Assembly (NCBI GenBank): GCA_903831805.1
Contig: CAIKZD010000009.1
Location: 217,939-281,938, forward strand
Length of the DNA: 64,000 nt
Direction: 5' to 3'
Source: an uncultured bacterium
GTDB taxonomy: Bacteria > Patescibacteriota > Minisyncoccia > Moranbacterales > UBA2206
Both the position numbers and the translations under genes were made by a program. The notes beneath the pieces were generated by a model. The model saw only the letters and a list, made by a program, of their open reading frames with translations. It was not told where the DNA came from and did not search any database. Shown piece after piece: positions 30,153 to 40,419 of this stretch. Each line of letters starts with the position of its first letter. Position 1 is the stretch's first letter.

Positions 30153-30629
30153 TTAGTTGGTCGGAGCGCCAGCCGGAACCGCTCCAGCCGTGTCTTGCGG
30201 AGCTGCCGGTCGGATTTGGATGTTTTGCGCTGTTACTGAGCCGTCTGAGTTAGCCGTACCATTGACCATCACATTTTGACCGGTCGCCAGATCAGAGAGA
30301 GCGCCATCGACCGATTTCCCGACGGTCGCCGAAGCAGAATACAAAACAATTTTAGAACTGCCATTCCGGTCTTGCACCGTAATACTTTTATCGTCTTTAG
30401 CGGTTATTTTACCGGTCAGGAAGCCGCCGCCATTCCGCATGCCGCCGCGATTTTGACCTTGACCTTGTGCGCCGCCATTTCTGCCAGCAAAATTTCCTCC
30501 GGGAGTCATCATGCCGCCTTGATTTTGCGCGGCTAGAGAATTCTTTTCATAGACCGTGCCGCCATAAAATCCTGCCCCGCCCACAATGAGGGCAACTGCT
30601 ACTGTAATTATAATTGATTTGTTGTTCAT
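30153..30629 (-). CDS. secreted/anchored Gly-Gln-rich protein with C-terminal beta-rich domain (paralog of 33765..34286)
   Basis: Signal anchor, low-complexity G/Q/N region, then a domain matching the pattern G.I.....DK.I...DR.G...V....T...L.DL....V.V.G..N.DG. Confidence 0.5.
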   Translation of the reverse strand: MNNKSIIITVAVALIVGGAGFYGGTVYEKNSLAAQNQGGMMTPGGNFAGRNGGAQGQGQNRGGMRNGGGFLTGKITAKDDKSITVQDRNGSSKIVLYSASATVGKSVDGALSDLATGQNVMVNGTANSDGSVTAQNIQIRPAAPQDTAGAVPAGAPTN

Positions 30630-30647
30630 AATTTTATTATTACTTAA

Positions 30648-31862
30648 TTATTCATATCTTAACGCTTCAATCGGGCTCAAAGCCGCCGCGCGCCGGGCTG
30701 GATAGAAACCGAAGATGATGCCAATGGCCGCTGACACTCCGAAAGCGAGCAGGATGGAGGAAACGGAAACTTGCGTAGTCATGCTCAAGAAATGCGAAGC
30801 GAGCATAGACATCAACCAGCCGAGAATAATGCCGATGAAGCCACCAAGAAATGTTAGCACCACCGCTTCGGCCAGAAATTGCAGATTGATATAAATCCGC
30901 CGCACCCCGACCGCTTTTCGCAGGCCAATCTCGCGCGTCCGTTCGGTGACGGTGGTGAGCATCATATTCATGATCCCGATGCCGCCCACCAGAAGAGAAA
31001 TACCGGCGATGGAAGCCAGGAGCGCAGTGAAAGTGCCAGTCACACTGGAAGCGGTGGAAATAATGTCGGCTTGATTTAAAATATTGAAATCAGCTTGGGT
31101 CGGATCAGTGATTTTGTGGCGATTGAGAAGCAAATCAGTGACCTCTTGCTGGGCGGCTGCGATGTTGTCCGGCGAAGTGGCTGCCGCACTGATGTCGGAA
31201 ACAAAACTATTACCAGCCAGATAGTGCTGGTCAGTAGTAATCGGAATATAGACATAATCATCCGGGTTAGTAAATCCGGCGCCACCTTTCAAAACTGTCA
31301 CCCCGATAACCGTAAACCCCACTCCATTAACACGGATAGATTGCCCGACTGGATTAGCATCCGTTCCAAATAGGTCATCTCGAGCAGTGGGTCCCAAGAC
31401 AGCCACTTTCGAAGAAGCCTGCACTTGTTGAGTACTGATAAAAGAACCAAGGTCAACTTGGACATTACGCACATCCAGATAGGTTGGCAAAGTGCCGACC
31501 ACTTGCGTGTTAGTGTTATTGCCCCCGGCGGTGATTTGATAGCGGCGAGAAACTTCCGGCGCCACTGCTTTGACATCCGGTACTTGCGTCGCAATGGCAT
31601 TCACATCGTCCATCGTGAGTGTCTCAGCACTGCCCCGTCCCGCACTGATCCCGCCGCCGCGTTGCGCTCCCGGCATCACAATGATCAGATTCGATCCGAT
31701 CGACTCGATACTGGCTGAGATAGAACTTTGTGCACCTTGACCGATGGCCACCATGGCGATAACAGAAGCAATGCCAATCACAATGCCAAGCATCGTAAGA
31801 GATGAGCGGACTTTATTGCCGGTCAAAGACCAGAGTGTTTCTTTTAATAAATCAATAAACAT
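30648..31862 (-). CDS. ABC transporter permease, FtsX/MacB family
   Basis: N-terminal TM, large periplasmic domain and C-terminal 3-TM FtsX fold. Confidence 0.8.
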   Translation of the reverse strand: MFIDLLKETLWSLTGNKVRSSLTMLGIVIGIASVIAMVAIGQGAQSSISASIESIGSNLIIVMPGAQRGGGISAGRGSAETLTMDDVNAIATQVPDVKAVAPEVSRRYQITAGGNNTNTQVVGTLPTYLDVRNVQVDLGSFISTQQVQASSKVAVLGPTARDDLFGTDANPVGQSIRVNGVGFTVIGVTVLKGGAGFTNPDDYVYIPITTDQHYLAGNSFVSDISAAATSPDNIAAAQQEVTDLLLNRHKITDPTQADFNILNQADIISTASSVTGTFTALLASIAGISLLVGGIGIMNMMLTTVTERTREIGLRKAVGVRRIYINLQFLAEAVVLTFLGGFIGIILGWLMSMLASHFLSMTTQVSVSSILLAFGVSAAIGIIFGFYPARRAAALSPIEALRYE

Positions 31863-31866
31863 AATT

Positions 31867-32550
31867 TTATAATTTTTTTACCACATCACTTTCGACCACT
31901 CCATCTCTGATTGAGATGACTCGCTCAGCAAAATTGGCAATTTCTTCTTCATGTGTAATGAGAATGATTGTATGGCCTTTGGCATTAAGGTCTTGGAAAG
32001 TTTTCATCACGATATGACTGGTTTTAGTGTCCAGATTGCCCGTCGGTTCGTCCGCCAGAATAATAGCTGGGTTATTGATAAGCGCCCTAGCAATCGCCAC
32101 TCTTTGCATCTGTCCGCCGGATAATTGATTGGAAAGATTATTTTTTTTACTTTCATCCATACCAGCATACCTCAAAGATTCCAATGCCCGCTGCTCGCGT
32201 TCTTTTTCCGAAGTGTTGGAATAGAGCAAGGGCAACATCACATTTCGCATAACCGTGGTTCGTGGCAAAAGATTAAACGACTGAAAAACAAAACCAATCT
32301 TAGTGCGCCGGATATCCGATAATTCATCATCATTAAGACTAGAAACTTCATGGCCATCTAAAATATATTTGCCCGAAGTGGGCGTATCCAGCGCGCCAAT
32401 AATATGCATCAAGGTGGATTTGCCCGAACCCGACGGCCCGATGATAGCCACGAACTCACCCTCTTTGATTTCGAAGGAAACACCTTTTAGGGCATTAGTT
32501 TCCACGTCGCCATTGATATATGTTTTCACTAAATCACGACATTCAATCAT
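31867..32550 (-). CDS. ABC transporter ATP-binding protein (MacB/LolD-type)
   Basis: Walker A GPSGSGKST, signature LSGGQMQRVAIARAL and Walker B ILADEPT. Confidence 0.9.
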   Translation of the reverse strand: MIECRDLVKTYINGDVETNALKGVSFEIKEGEFVAIIGPSGSGKSTLMHIIGALDTPTSGKYILDGHEVSSLNDDELSDIRRTKIGFVFQSFNLLPRTTVMRNVMLPLLYSNTSEKEREQRALESLRYAGMDESKKNNLSNQLSGGQMQRVAIARALINNPAIILADEPTGNLDTKTSHIVMKTFQDLNAKGHTIILITHEEEIANFAERVISIRDGVVESDVVKKL

Positions 32551-32574
32551 AATCTGTTTTCTAATTTATTTAAG

Positions 32575-33762
32575 TTAGCCTCGTCCGCCACCGCCGAGTC
32601 CGGGAATTCTGATCCCTCCGCCACCAGTGTTGCCAGTAGTGGTTGTCGTACTCTTGGCACCGGCCGCGATAGTCTGCGTAACCACATTGTCACCGACATT
32701 CACCCCACTAGTGATTTCCGTATCCGTCCCATTAGTATCACCAACCTGGACATTCACTTTCTGCGGCACGCCGTTTTGCAAAACTTGTACGTAAACTTGT
32801 CCGTTCTGGTTTTTAATGGCGCTGCTCGGCACCATAATCACATCGGCTTTAGTATTGGTGATGATGGCGGCTGATACACTCATGCCCGGTTTGATTTTCG
32901 GATCTATTGTGTCAAAACCAATCGTCACATTATACGTCACCACGCCAGAACTGACTGTGCCGAGAGAATCCATAGTTTCCACTTGGCCGGTCGCCGTGAA
33001 ATCTGGCAGGGCGTCAAAAGTCAAAGTCACTTTCTGACCAATTTTCACATTCGACACATCCACTTCATTGACTTGCACCTGCGTTTTCAGCGTGCCCATA
33101 TCCCCCACGATGATCGGCGCCTTGGCATTACTGCCGGAACCGGACACCCGGCTCAAGTCGTCACCATTTTTGATGTTCACTTCATTGACTGTGCCATCGA
33201 TCGGAGAAGTAACATTCCGTTTAGCTGCCTGCTGCTGGGCATAACTTAGATTGGCAGCCGCACTGGTCAAACTTTGCTTAGAGGCTGTGACGGAAGATTT
33301 GGAAGCATCAATTTTTTGCGCCGCCGCCACCTTATCTTCATGCACTGAGGTAGCACTTTTTTTAGCGGCCTTAAGACTGGCTTCAGAGGAAGTCACTCCC
33401 GCCTGCGCACTCAACAAAGAAGCTTGTGAGGATTTATAGCTAGACTGCGCTTGATCGACGTTCAGTCCCAATTGATCGTTGACAATAGTAAAAAGCAATT
33501 GCCCTTTTTTCACTTGCTCACCCACGCTCACCGCTAGGCTAGCCACAGTGCCTGTAATCGTCGGGTCAACCGTCGCACTTTGATTGACCACAACATTGCC
33601 CGAAGCCGAAACAGAACTAACCAAAGTGCCCTTAGCCGCCGCTTCAGTCCGATACTGCACCTGGCTTTGAGTGGAATGGGCCTTATTATACCAATAATAT
33701 CCTCCTGCCAACAGGATAATAGCCATTGCTAGATAGACATAACGTTTCTTTTTCATATTCAT
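32575..33762 (-). CDS. HlyD/MacA-family periplasmic adaptor
   Basis: TM anchor, coiled-coil hairpin and beta-barrel domains; Gly-rich C-terminal tail. Confidence 0.75.
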   Translation of the reverse strand: MNMKKKRYVYLAMAIILLAGGYYWYNKAHSTQSQVQYRTEAAAKGTLVSSVSASGNVVVNQSATVDPTITGTVASLAVSVGEQVKKGQLLFTIVNDQLGLNVDQAQSSYKSSQASLLSAQAGVTSSEASLKAAKKSATSVHEDKVAAAQKIDASKSSVTASKQSLTSAAANLSYAQQQAAKRNVTSPIDGTVNEVNIKNGDDLSRVSGSGSNAKAPIIVGDMGTLKTQVQVNEVDVSNVKIGQKVTLTFDALPDFTATGQVETMDSLGTVSSGVVTYNVTIGFDTIDPKIKPGMSVSAAIITNTKADVIMVPSSAIKNQNGQVYVQVLQNGVPQKVNVQVGDTNGTDTEITSGVNVGDNVVTQTIAAGAKSTTTTTGNTGGGGIRIPGLGGGGRG

Positions 33763-33764
33763 AA

Positions 33765-34286
33765 TTATTGGTTATTATTCGGAGCCGGTTGATTATTGTT
33801 TTGGTCAGTCGGAGGCAAATTGCCAAACACTCGGATAAGATCCGCGTCCAGAGTGCCAGCATCATTCGGCCGACCCATCACCACCACGTTATCGTTGGCC
33901 TTAAGATCACTTAGCTTCAAATCACTCGCTTGATTCTTAATAATCGTATGATTCGTCACCGCCACGGTGTTTTCTTGGCCGTCCCTATCTTTGATGATTA
34001 TTTTATCCGTCGCCACGGAAATGATTGTGCCGGCCAAACCATGGGCGTTACGAAAATCACCACCAGAAAAACCGCGCATCATTGGCCCAAAAAAATCTTG
34101 ATGACCATTCATCGGTGGCCGACCACCCATAAAATTCCGTTCATAATTTTCTCCCCACCGACAGGAAAACAAAGCTCGGTGTGCGCCGACTTTAGCCCCG
34201 CCTATAAAACTCACCAGGGCGATGAGCATGGCCGCCACCACGAGCGCGGCAATTTTGAATCCTTTGGATTTCATCATTTCATGCAT
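33765..34286 (-). CDS. secreted/anchored protein, paralog of 30153..30629
   Basis: Shares the DRDG..TV...T......L.LSDL......V.V.G..NDAG motif pattern with the 158-aa protein; N-terminal TM. Confidence 0.5.
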   Translation of the reverse strand: MHEMMKSKGFKIAALVVAAMLIALVSFIGGAKVGAHRALFSCRWGENYERNFMGGRPPMNGHQDFFGPMMRGFSGGDFRNAHGLAGTIISVATDKIIIKDRDGQENTVAVTNHTIIKNQASDLKLSDLKANDNVVVMGRPNDAGTLDADLIRVFGNLPPTDQNNNQPAPNNNQ

Positions 34287-34295
34287 AAATTTATG

Positions 34296-34700
34296 TTAAA
34301 TATAATTATAATGACTGCGCTTCTCCAATTTGAAATAAGCGGAAAAAGAAAGCAGCAGGATAAGCACGGGCATCAAAAGGATAGTGGCGCTGACCGCCGG
34401 GAAAGTTTCCAACAAAGAAAAGGCAAAATCATTCCAATTGCGCAGGACGGAGGAAGCATCAGTCAAAAGTAGCCGGAGCAGGACCCAAAAATCTGATTGC
34501 AAAAACGCATTGCCATAGGCCATGGCCGCCCAAACAGTCGCTCCGAGCGAGCCCACTAGGCTGAAATGGGCCAAGATCAATTTTTGTCTAATCTGTCTTT
34601 TTTGCAACCGCTCTATGCGCGCCAAAATTGAACCGGCCAGCTTCGCAGATGGCTCAATTCCTCTCATTTCCTTAAATATTTGATGTAAATTCGGTTTCAT
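34296..34700 (-). CDS. putative membrane-bound anti-sigma factor
   Basis: Short cytoplasmic N-terminal segment followed by TM helices, directly downstream of the ECF sigma gene. Confidence 0.4.
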   Translation of the reverse strand: MKPNLHQIFKEMRGIEPSAKLAGSILARIERLQKRQIRQKLILAHFSLVGSLGATVWAAMAYGNAFLQSDFWVLLRLLLTDASSVLRNWNDFAFSLLETFPAVSATILLMPVLILLLSFSAYFKLEKRSHYNYI

Positions 34701-34737
34701 ACATTTATATACGATTCATTTATTCTTTTAGACACAA

Positions 34738-35307
34738 CTACAAGTCCAAAAAGGTTTTTTTCAGCGCCGCTAAAGCTCGACCATGATAAGCCTTAATCGT
34801 GTTGTAGGGGCGGCCTAAAATTTCGGCAATTTCAGTGAGCGTAAAATCCTCTTTGTAATGCAGCGTGAGAATCACTCGATATTTTTCCGGTAGAAGTGCC
34901 AACCTGCCTTCCAGTTCGCGCGCTAAATCTTTTTTCACCAAGATTTCATCCGGCCAGATTGCGTCCTCGGGCATATCCTCCAGTCTGTTGCGCCCATCTT
35001 CATCCGCAAAAAAAGCAAACGGCGTCGTTTTCTTTTTTTTAAAAAAATCCAACGCTGTATTTTTAGTAATAGCAAAAAGCCAAGTCTTGAAACTTTTAGA
35101 CTGATCGAACTTGGACAAATTTTTCCAAGCCTTGATGAATGTCTCTTGCGCCAGGTCTTCCGCGACCGTCGCATCTTTGGTCAGATAATACAAAAAACCG
35201 TAGATCGGTTTCAAATATTTATCCAGTAATTTTTTAAAAGCGTCCTCATCCCCCGCCAGAGAAGCACTCACCAGCCGGCTGTCTCCCTCATTTGTATTTG
35301 GCACCAT
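34738..35307 (-). CDS. ECF-type RNA polymerase sigma factor (sigma-70 family)
   Basis: Region 2 (DLAQETFIKAW) and region 4 (LTEIAEILGRPYNTIKAYHGRAL) are present. Confidence 0.8.
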   Translation of the reverse strand: MVPNTNEGDSRLVSASLAGDEDAFKKLLDKYLKPIYGFLYYLTKDATVAEDLAQETFIKAWKNLSKFDQSKSFKTWLFAITKNTALDFFKKKKTTPFAFFADEDGRNRLEDMPEDAIWPDEILVKKDLARELEGRLALLPEKYRVILTLHYKEDFTLTEIAEILGRPYNTIKAYHGRALAALKKTFLDL

Positions 35308-35310
35308 AGA

Positions 35311-36087
35311 CTATTTTTGATCATACTTCATCTTTTCAAATTCCAAGGCCGCCCCAATGTTTTCCGAAAGAGCACTGCTGAGTTCCAAAGTCTTTTCTCT
35401 AAGCCCGGTCAGATCAAAAAAGTTGAACGCTTCTTCAGCAATGAGCGGATTATAGCTGATTACATGATTACCGTTTTTGAAAAAAATAACTTCTTTTTTG
35501 ACACTGGCAATACGCGGCAGATACTCTTCCAAGGCCAAATAGTCCGTCACGCCATCCCGCCGGCTGTGCAAAAAAAGAACCGGAGTAGTAATACTTTCCA
35601 AGTTTTCCAAGAATCGCCTTTCCATAAAATCAACCATGACCGGCGCCGCGCCCAGCGGATTGAGCCGCCACCTTTCAATTTTTTGCAGCTGGCGCCAAAT
35701 CGGATAAAGTACAGGAAATATTTTTTTTCCAAAATTCATCAATCTTTTGTTCTTCAAACGAAACGGTGTGCCGATACTCACAATCCCAGCTAAATTAGAA
35801 TTCTTTTTCGCGTGCTCTAGCAGCAACGCCCCGCCCAAACTGATGCCGATGCCAAAAACTTTTTCGTATCTGGTCGAGACATCTGATACGACCTTACTAA
35901 TATGCGCAACACAGTCTTTTTCGGTTAGGTGCGTAAAGTCGTTGATAATTTTCGGACCATAAAAACTAACTGCGCTGGCACTGTAGCCCACGCCCTCCAA
36001 AATGTTTTTCAAACCTAAAACTTCCTGATTATCCGAAGAAAAACCGGCCACTAAGATAAAATGAATTTTGGATTTTTCCTCCATCAT
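35311..36087 (-). CDS. alpha/beta hydrolase
   Basis: GxSxG nucleophile elbow (GISLGGAL). Confidence 0.65.
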   Translation of the reverse strand: MMEEKSKIHFILVAGFSSDNQEVLGLKNILEGVGYSASAVSFYGPKIINDFTHLTEKDCVAHISKVVSDVSTRYEKVFGIGISLGGALLLEHAKKNSNLAGIVSIGTPFRLKNKRLMNFGKKIFPVLYPIWRQLQKIERWRLNPLGAAPVMVDFMERRFLENLESITTPVLFLHSRRDGVTDYLALEEYLPRIASVKKEVIFFKNGNHVISYNPLIAEEAFNFFDLTGLREKTLELSSALSENIGAALEFEKMKYDQK

Positions 36088-36719
36088 TCTTTGAATAAAT
36101 TATATTCTTTAGCGAATACCTTCATCGCTATATGAAAAATTGCGTAAGTCATAAAGAAAGCCGCAAAAACATCGATGGAATAATGTAAATGACCCAAGAG
36201 GACCGAACTGCCAAAAACTATCGAGGTGAGAATCGCAATATATCTGATCAATTTTTCATCCCAGAAAATTAAGGCGATCAAAAAAGGCACTCCAGTGTGG
36301 GCACTGAAGAAAAAGTCATTACCCGAGATGAGGGTGGACAATAAGTTGCGCGGATCAATCGGTGTCATGACCGGATACGGGCCCAGATGCGTCAAAGTGA
36401 TGGAAACTGAACGGATCAGATAGAAAAGCGCCATGCTTTTGAAAACGAAAGGCGCTCTTTTCGGTTCGACAATCACACAGTACATCACAAACAGAAAAAA
36501 CAGCTCCACCCCATAATTCAAAAGACCATCCACATCCATCACTGGCAGATTATCCAGGACGATATCATTCACATAATTACTGGCTCGCAGATTGGCGTAG
36601 AGACTGGCAAAATGATTGATCATCAGACTGGCCGCCAGCAAAATCAAACTGGAAAAAACCGCATAACGAAAACCATGTCGACGCCAATAATATTTATATT
36701 TAGAAGCAATTTTTTTCAT
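36084..36719 (-). CDS. polytopic membrane protein, possibly PAP2-like phosphatase fold
   Basis: SAHTG and HLHYSID motifs resemble PAP2 motifs 2 and 3. The assignment is weak. Confidence 0.35.
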   Translation of the reverse strand: MKKIASKYKYYWRRHGFRYAVFSSLILLAASLMINHFASLYANLRASNYVNDIVLDNLPVMDVDGLLNYGVELFFLFVMYCVIVEPKRAPFVFKSMALFYLIRSVSITLTHLGPYPVMTPIDPRNLLSTLISGNDFFFSAHTGVPFLIALIFWDEKLIRYIAILTSIVFGSSVLLGHLHYSIDVFAAFFMTYAIFHIAMKVFAKEYNLFKE

Positions 36720-36725
36720 TTTGTT

Positions 36726-37463
36726 CTATTCGCGAATATCGTTGTATTTTCTTGAAAAAGGTTTCTTAAAAAGAGTAATCCAAATATGGTTAATCGCGTA
36801 CCGGATAGCCGTCACAACCACCCCTTCTCTGGTCAATCGCCGTCCGGAAGTGAACATGGGCAGTTTAAAAGTGAACTTCACCCGTCCAACTTTTTGAATC
36901 CTTTTAGCAATATCCGTATCCTCACCGTAAAAATCAATATTGAGGTCATAACCACCAATTTTTTCCATGGCTGATTTTCTTACTATAAAATTTCCACCTT
37001 GCAACATCGCGCCACGCCGGAGAATAAAATGATTGAACAGATACCCGAGATAACCGATAAAATAAAAAATCTTAGTGCCGATCTTGGCCAAAGGCGATAA
37101 GTCATAATAGATATATGGTCCGCTGAGCGCGACCAGATTTCTATTTTCAGAAAATTCCTTGTATACCCTGTCCAGCCAGCCTTTCGGCAAACGTGTATCC
37201 GCATCGACATTAGCAATCAATTCCCCCGTGGCTGCCAGAAAACCGGCGTGCCGCGCCCAGGTCAAGCCTTTTTTCGGCTGATCAACCACCTGCACGCCAG
37301 GATATGACAGTGCCACTTCGCTGGTCCGGTCAGAACTGGCATTGTTTACTACAATAATTTCAATATCATAATTCTTACCGGAAGTTTCTTTCAGGATAGA
37401 TTCCAAACAACCACCAATCTGTTTCTCTTCATTATAAGCCGGAATGGCAAAAGTGAGTTTCAT
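36726..37463 (-). CDS. glycosyltransferase family 2
   Basis: FAIPAYNEE..VVNNASSDRT..VDADTRLP are GT2 DXD-type motifs. Start taken at MKLTF. Confidence 0.75.
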   Translation of the reverse strand: MKLTFAIPAYNEEKQIGGCLESILKETSGKNYDIEIIVVNNASSDRTSEVALSYPGVQVVDQPKKGLTWARHAGFLAATGELIANVDADTRLPKGWLDRVYKEFSENRNLVALSGPYIYYDLSPLAKIGTKIFYFIGYLGYLFNHFILRRGAMLQGGNFIVRKSAMEKIGGYDLNIDFYGEDTDIAKRIQKVGRVKFTFKLPMFTSGRRLTREGVVVTAIRYAINHIWITLFKKPFSRKYNDIRE

Positions 37464-37464
37464 A

Positions 37465-38691
37465 TTATTTTTGCTTAATCGTCTCTTCATAAATTTTCGC
37501 CCACTCGGCCGCAATCTGCGAGGGCGAAAAATTAGCTACCATCTTCAAGCCGCCTTGTCCTAGAGCTTGTGCCGCCGCTGGATTATTATAAAGATAAACA
37601 ATTTTTTCAGCCATCGTGGCAAAATCTCCCGGTTCCACGATAAAGCCGTTTTGTTCATTGATATATTCCGGCAAGGCCCACGCATTCACCCCGATGGCCG
37701 GTAATCCCGTGGCAAAAGCTTTCATAAGGCTCAAGCTCTGCATCTCGGCCGTACTGGCAATGGCAAACATTTCCACAGCGCGATAGATCCGCGCATGCTC
37801 GGGAGTCGGCAAAGTGCCAAAAAATTTCACCTGATCGCCTATTCCTAATTCCGAAGCTAATTTTTTCAAATCTTTTTCCGCCGCGCCATGTCCCGTAATG
37901 GCAAAATTTATGTTTGGGATTTTTTTGGCCGCCGCGGCCACCGCGCGGATAATCACATCCACGTGCTTTTCTACTCCCAAACGGCCGGTATAAAGCACGG
38001 TGAAATCAGACAGGCCGAATTCTTTTTTAATAATGGCTTTTTCTTCCGCCGAAGCCGGAAAGAAATTTTTGAGATCGACTGGATTGGAAATGACCCGGCG
38101 CGTCTTCTTGAAACCATTTTTTTCCATCTCGGTAAAAATCGCAGCGCACGGCGCACTGACAAACTTGCAACGGTTATAGAACCAAGAAACATAGTTCAGC
38201 GCCAGCTTGTCAATCAACTTGTTCTGCACCGGTCCATATTTCAGAAATTCCGTGATCGGGGTATGATTAGTGCCCACTAAAGGGATTTTCAAAAACCTGG
38301 CGGTCGCCATGCCTTCCACGCCCAAGCCAAAACAATCATGCACGTGAATAACATCCGGCCGATTTTTCTTAACTTTCAGCCAACGCAGAAAAGTCGGCAC
38401 CACCATCCGCCCTTGATTGGTCGGGGCCGGATATGAAAAAGCAAAAAACCGATAAACTTGAATATTTTTGCCTAAGTCCAATTCGATGGCCGGCACTTTG
38501 AAAATCGCAAATTCTTTCGGAGAATATTTCGCCGCGTAGATATCCACAAAATGCCCTAAGCTCGCCAACTCACGCGCCGACTCAATAATAGAATCAGAAA
38601 TCCCACTCATCTCAGGATAAAAGTTGTCAGAAAACATGGCTATTCGCATAGTCTTTTTTGTTCGCTTTATTATATCCCCATAGTAGACCAA
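37465..38691 (-). CDS. glycosyltransferase family 4
   Basis: GT4 fold with a C-terminal E..E region. Confidence 0.8.
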   Translation of the reverse strand: MVYYGDIIKRTKKTMRIAMFSDNFYPEMSGISDSIIESARELASLGHFVDIYAAKYSPKEFAIFKVPAIELDLGKNIQVYRFFAFSYPAPTNQGRMVVPTFLRWLKVKKNRPDVIHVHDCFGLGVEGMATARFLKIPLVGTNHTPITEFLKYGPVQNKLIDKLALNYVSWFYNRCKFVSAPCAAIFTEMEKNGFKKTRRVISNPVDLKNFFPASAEEKAIIKKEFGLSDFTVLYTGRLGVEKHVDVIIRAVAAAAKKIPNINFAITGHGAAEKDLKKLASELGIGDQVKFFGTLPTPEHARIYRAVEMFAIASTAEMQSLSLMKAFATGLPAIGVNAWALPEYINEQNGFIVEPGDFATMAEKIVYLYNNPAAAQALGQGGLKMVANFSPSQIAAEWAKIYEETIKQK

Positions 38692-38760
38692 AACTGTTTT
38701 TTTGTCACTTATATTGCGCCTATCTCATTATTGTTATACTATAATTGTACTACTAAAGTT

Positions 38761-39828
38761 ATGAACGACCAAATCGAAGCCATTAAAAAAGAATACGCTG
38801 AAATTTCCGCTGAGCTCAATAATCCTGAGAATTTTTCTGATTCCCCCAAAATGGCGGGTTTAGGCAAGCGAAAATCGGATTTAGAAGAAATAATAGCTAA
38901 AATTGGCGAATTTGAAGCGGTGGAAAAAGCCATGCAGGACAATGCGGAAATGGTCAATTCGGCCGAAGAAGACCCGGAGATGAAACAGATGGCCATGGAA
39001 GAAAACGTATCGCTTTCCCAAAAAATGGATGTTTTACAAAAAGAATTGGAGCTTTTAATCCTTCCGAAAGATCCGCATGACAACAAAGGTGTCATCGTGG
39101 AAATCCGAGCGGGCGCCGGCGGCGATGAAGCTGCGCTTTTTGCCGGGGAAATTTTTCGCATGTATTCCAGATTTGCCGAGCGTGATCGTTGGCAAATTTC
39201 CCTGCTCAACACTAGCGTCATCGGCATCGGTGGGTATAAAGAAGTCGTTTTCGAAATCAATGGTCAGGGCGTATACGGCAAGATGAAATATGAATCCGGC
39301 GTGCACCGCGTGCAGCGCATTCCGGAAACGGAAAAGAATGGCCGGGTGCAAACTTCCACCATCACTGTGGCCGTTCTGCCACAAGCTGAAGAGGTGGAAC
39401 TCAAAATTGAAGACAAAGATTTGCGCATCGACACTTTCTGCTCATCGGGCCCGGGTGGCCAATCCGTCAACACCACCAAATCAGCCGTGCGCATCACTCA
39501 TCTCCCGACCGGCCTCATCGTTTCTTGCCAAGATGAAAAATCACAGATTAAGAACAAAGAAAAAGCTATGAAAGTTTTGCGTTCGCGACTGTTGCAAGCC
39601 GAAGAAGAAAAAGCGGCCAAAGAACGGGGCGACGCACGCAAATCTCAGATTGGCACCGGCGACCGCAGCGAAAAGATCCGCACCTACAACTTCCCCCAAG
39701 ACCGCATCACTGACCATCGCGTGAAAGAATCTTGGAGCAACATCAAAACTATTCTCGAGGGCAATCTCAATCAAATTATCGACGTCCTGATCCAAGAAAA
39801 TCAAAAAAGACTATTGGAGAAAAAATAA
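38761..39828 (+). CDS. prfA: peptide chain release factor 1
   Basis: GGQ motif ([10 protein letters not shown]) and a PET tripeptide at the RF1 PxT position. Start taken at [10 protein letters not shown]. Confidence 0.9.
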   Translation: MNDQIEAIKKEYAEISAELNNPENFSDSPKMAGLGKRKSDLEEIIAKIGEFEAVEKAMQDNAEMVNSAEEDPEMKQMAMEENVSLSQKMDVLQKELELLILPKDPHDNKGVIVEIRAGAGGDEAALFAGEIFRMYSRFAERDRWQISLLNTSVIGIGGYKEVVFEINGQGVYGKMKYESGVHRVQRIPETEKNGRVQTSTITVAVLPQAEEVELKIEDKDLRIDTFCSSGPGGQSVNTTKSAVRITHLPTGLIVSCQDEKSQIKNKEKAMKVLRSRLLQAEEEKAAKERGDARKSQIGTGDRSEKIRTYNFPQDRITDHRVKESWSNIKTILEGNLNQIIDVLIQENQKRLLEKK

Positions 39829-39833
39829 AGATA

Positions 39834-40196
39834 TTATTTGCCTTGCAAAAACTTCCCCACCTCCGGCGAGAAATATTTCTCGCCTTTAACCATTTTGTAT
39901 TGATGATAGTCTTTGCTCATGTGTGAGCGATGCACTTCCGCAAAAATATCTCCGATCTTGTCTTGCAAACCATGTTCCAAGATCGTGCCATACACGCCGT
40001 ATAAAATATCACACAATTCTTTGGCAATGTTTTCCAGGTCATTATTTTGTACACCTTTAGCATATTCTCGCACCTCTTCTTCCATCAAACGATAGCGCAA
40101 ATCTGACCGGTCTTTCGGAATCAAAGCTGGCCTTTCCAAGATGGGCGCTTGGAATTTTTGGTGGAATTTTTTGACTAAGTCGAGTTGTTTTTGCAT
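39834..40196 (-). CDS. MazG-like NTP pyrophosphohydrolase family protein
   Basis: 120-aa all-alpha protein with an EExxE acidic motif (LMEEEVREYAKG). Confidence 0.4.
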   Translation of the reverse strand: MQKQLDLVKKFHQKFQAPILERPALIPKDRSDLRYRLMEEEVREYAKGVQNNDLENIAKELCDILYGVYGTILEHGLQDKIGDIFAEVHRSHMSKDYHQYKMVKGEKYFSPEVGKFLQGK

Positions 40197-40419
40197 GTAT
40201 TTAAAATAATCATTTATTCAAGATACTGTCTATGTATTCTGCTTTTGTTTGAGTTGATAAGTAGAACCTGACATTAAACTGTTTTATAGTGTTACTTGGA
40301 TTAATTTTATCATAGCTTGCGGCTCCCACTAAGGTTGCTTTCTGAGAAAAATCTCCACTTTTAATGGAATTGCGGAACAAAAAATTTAGGAGAGAAAATT
40401 TTGTTTTCCTTATCGTAAT

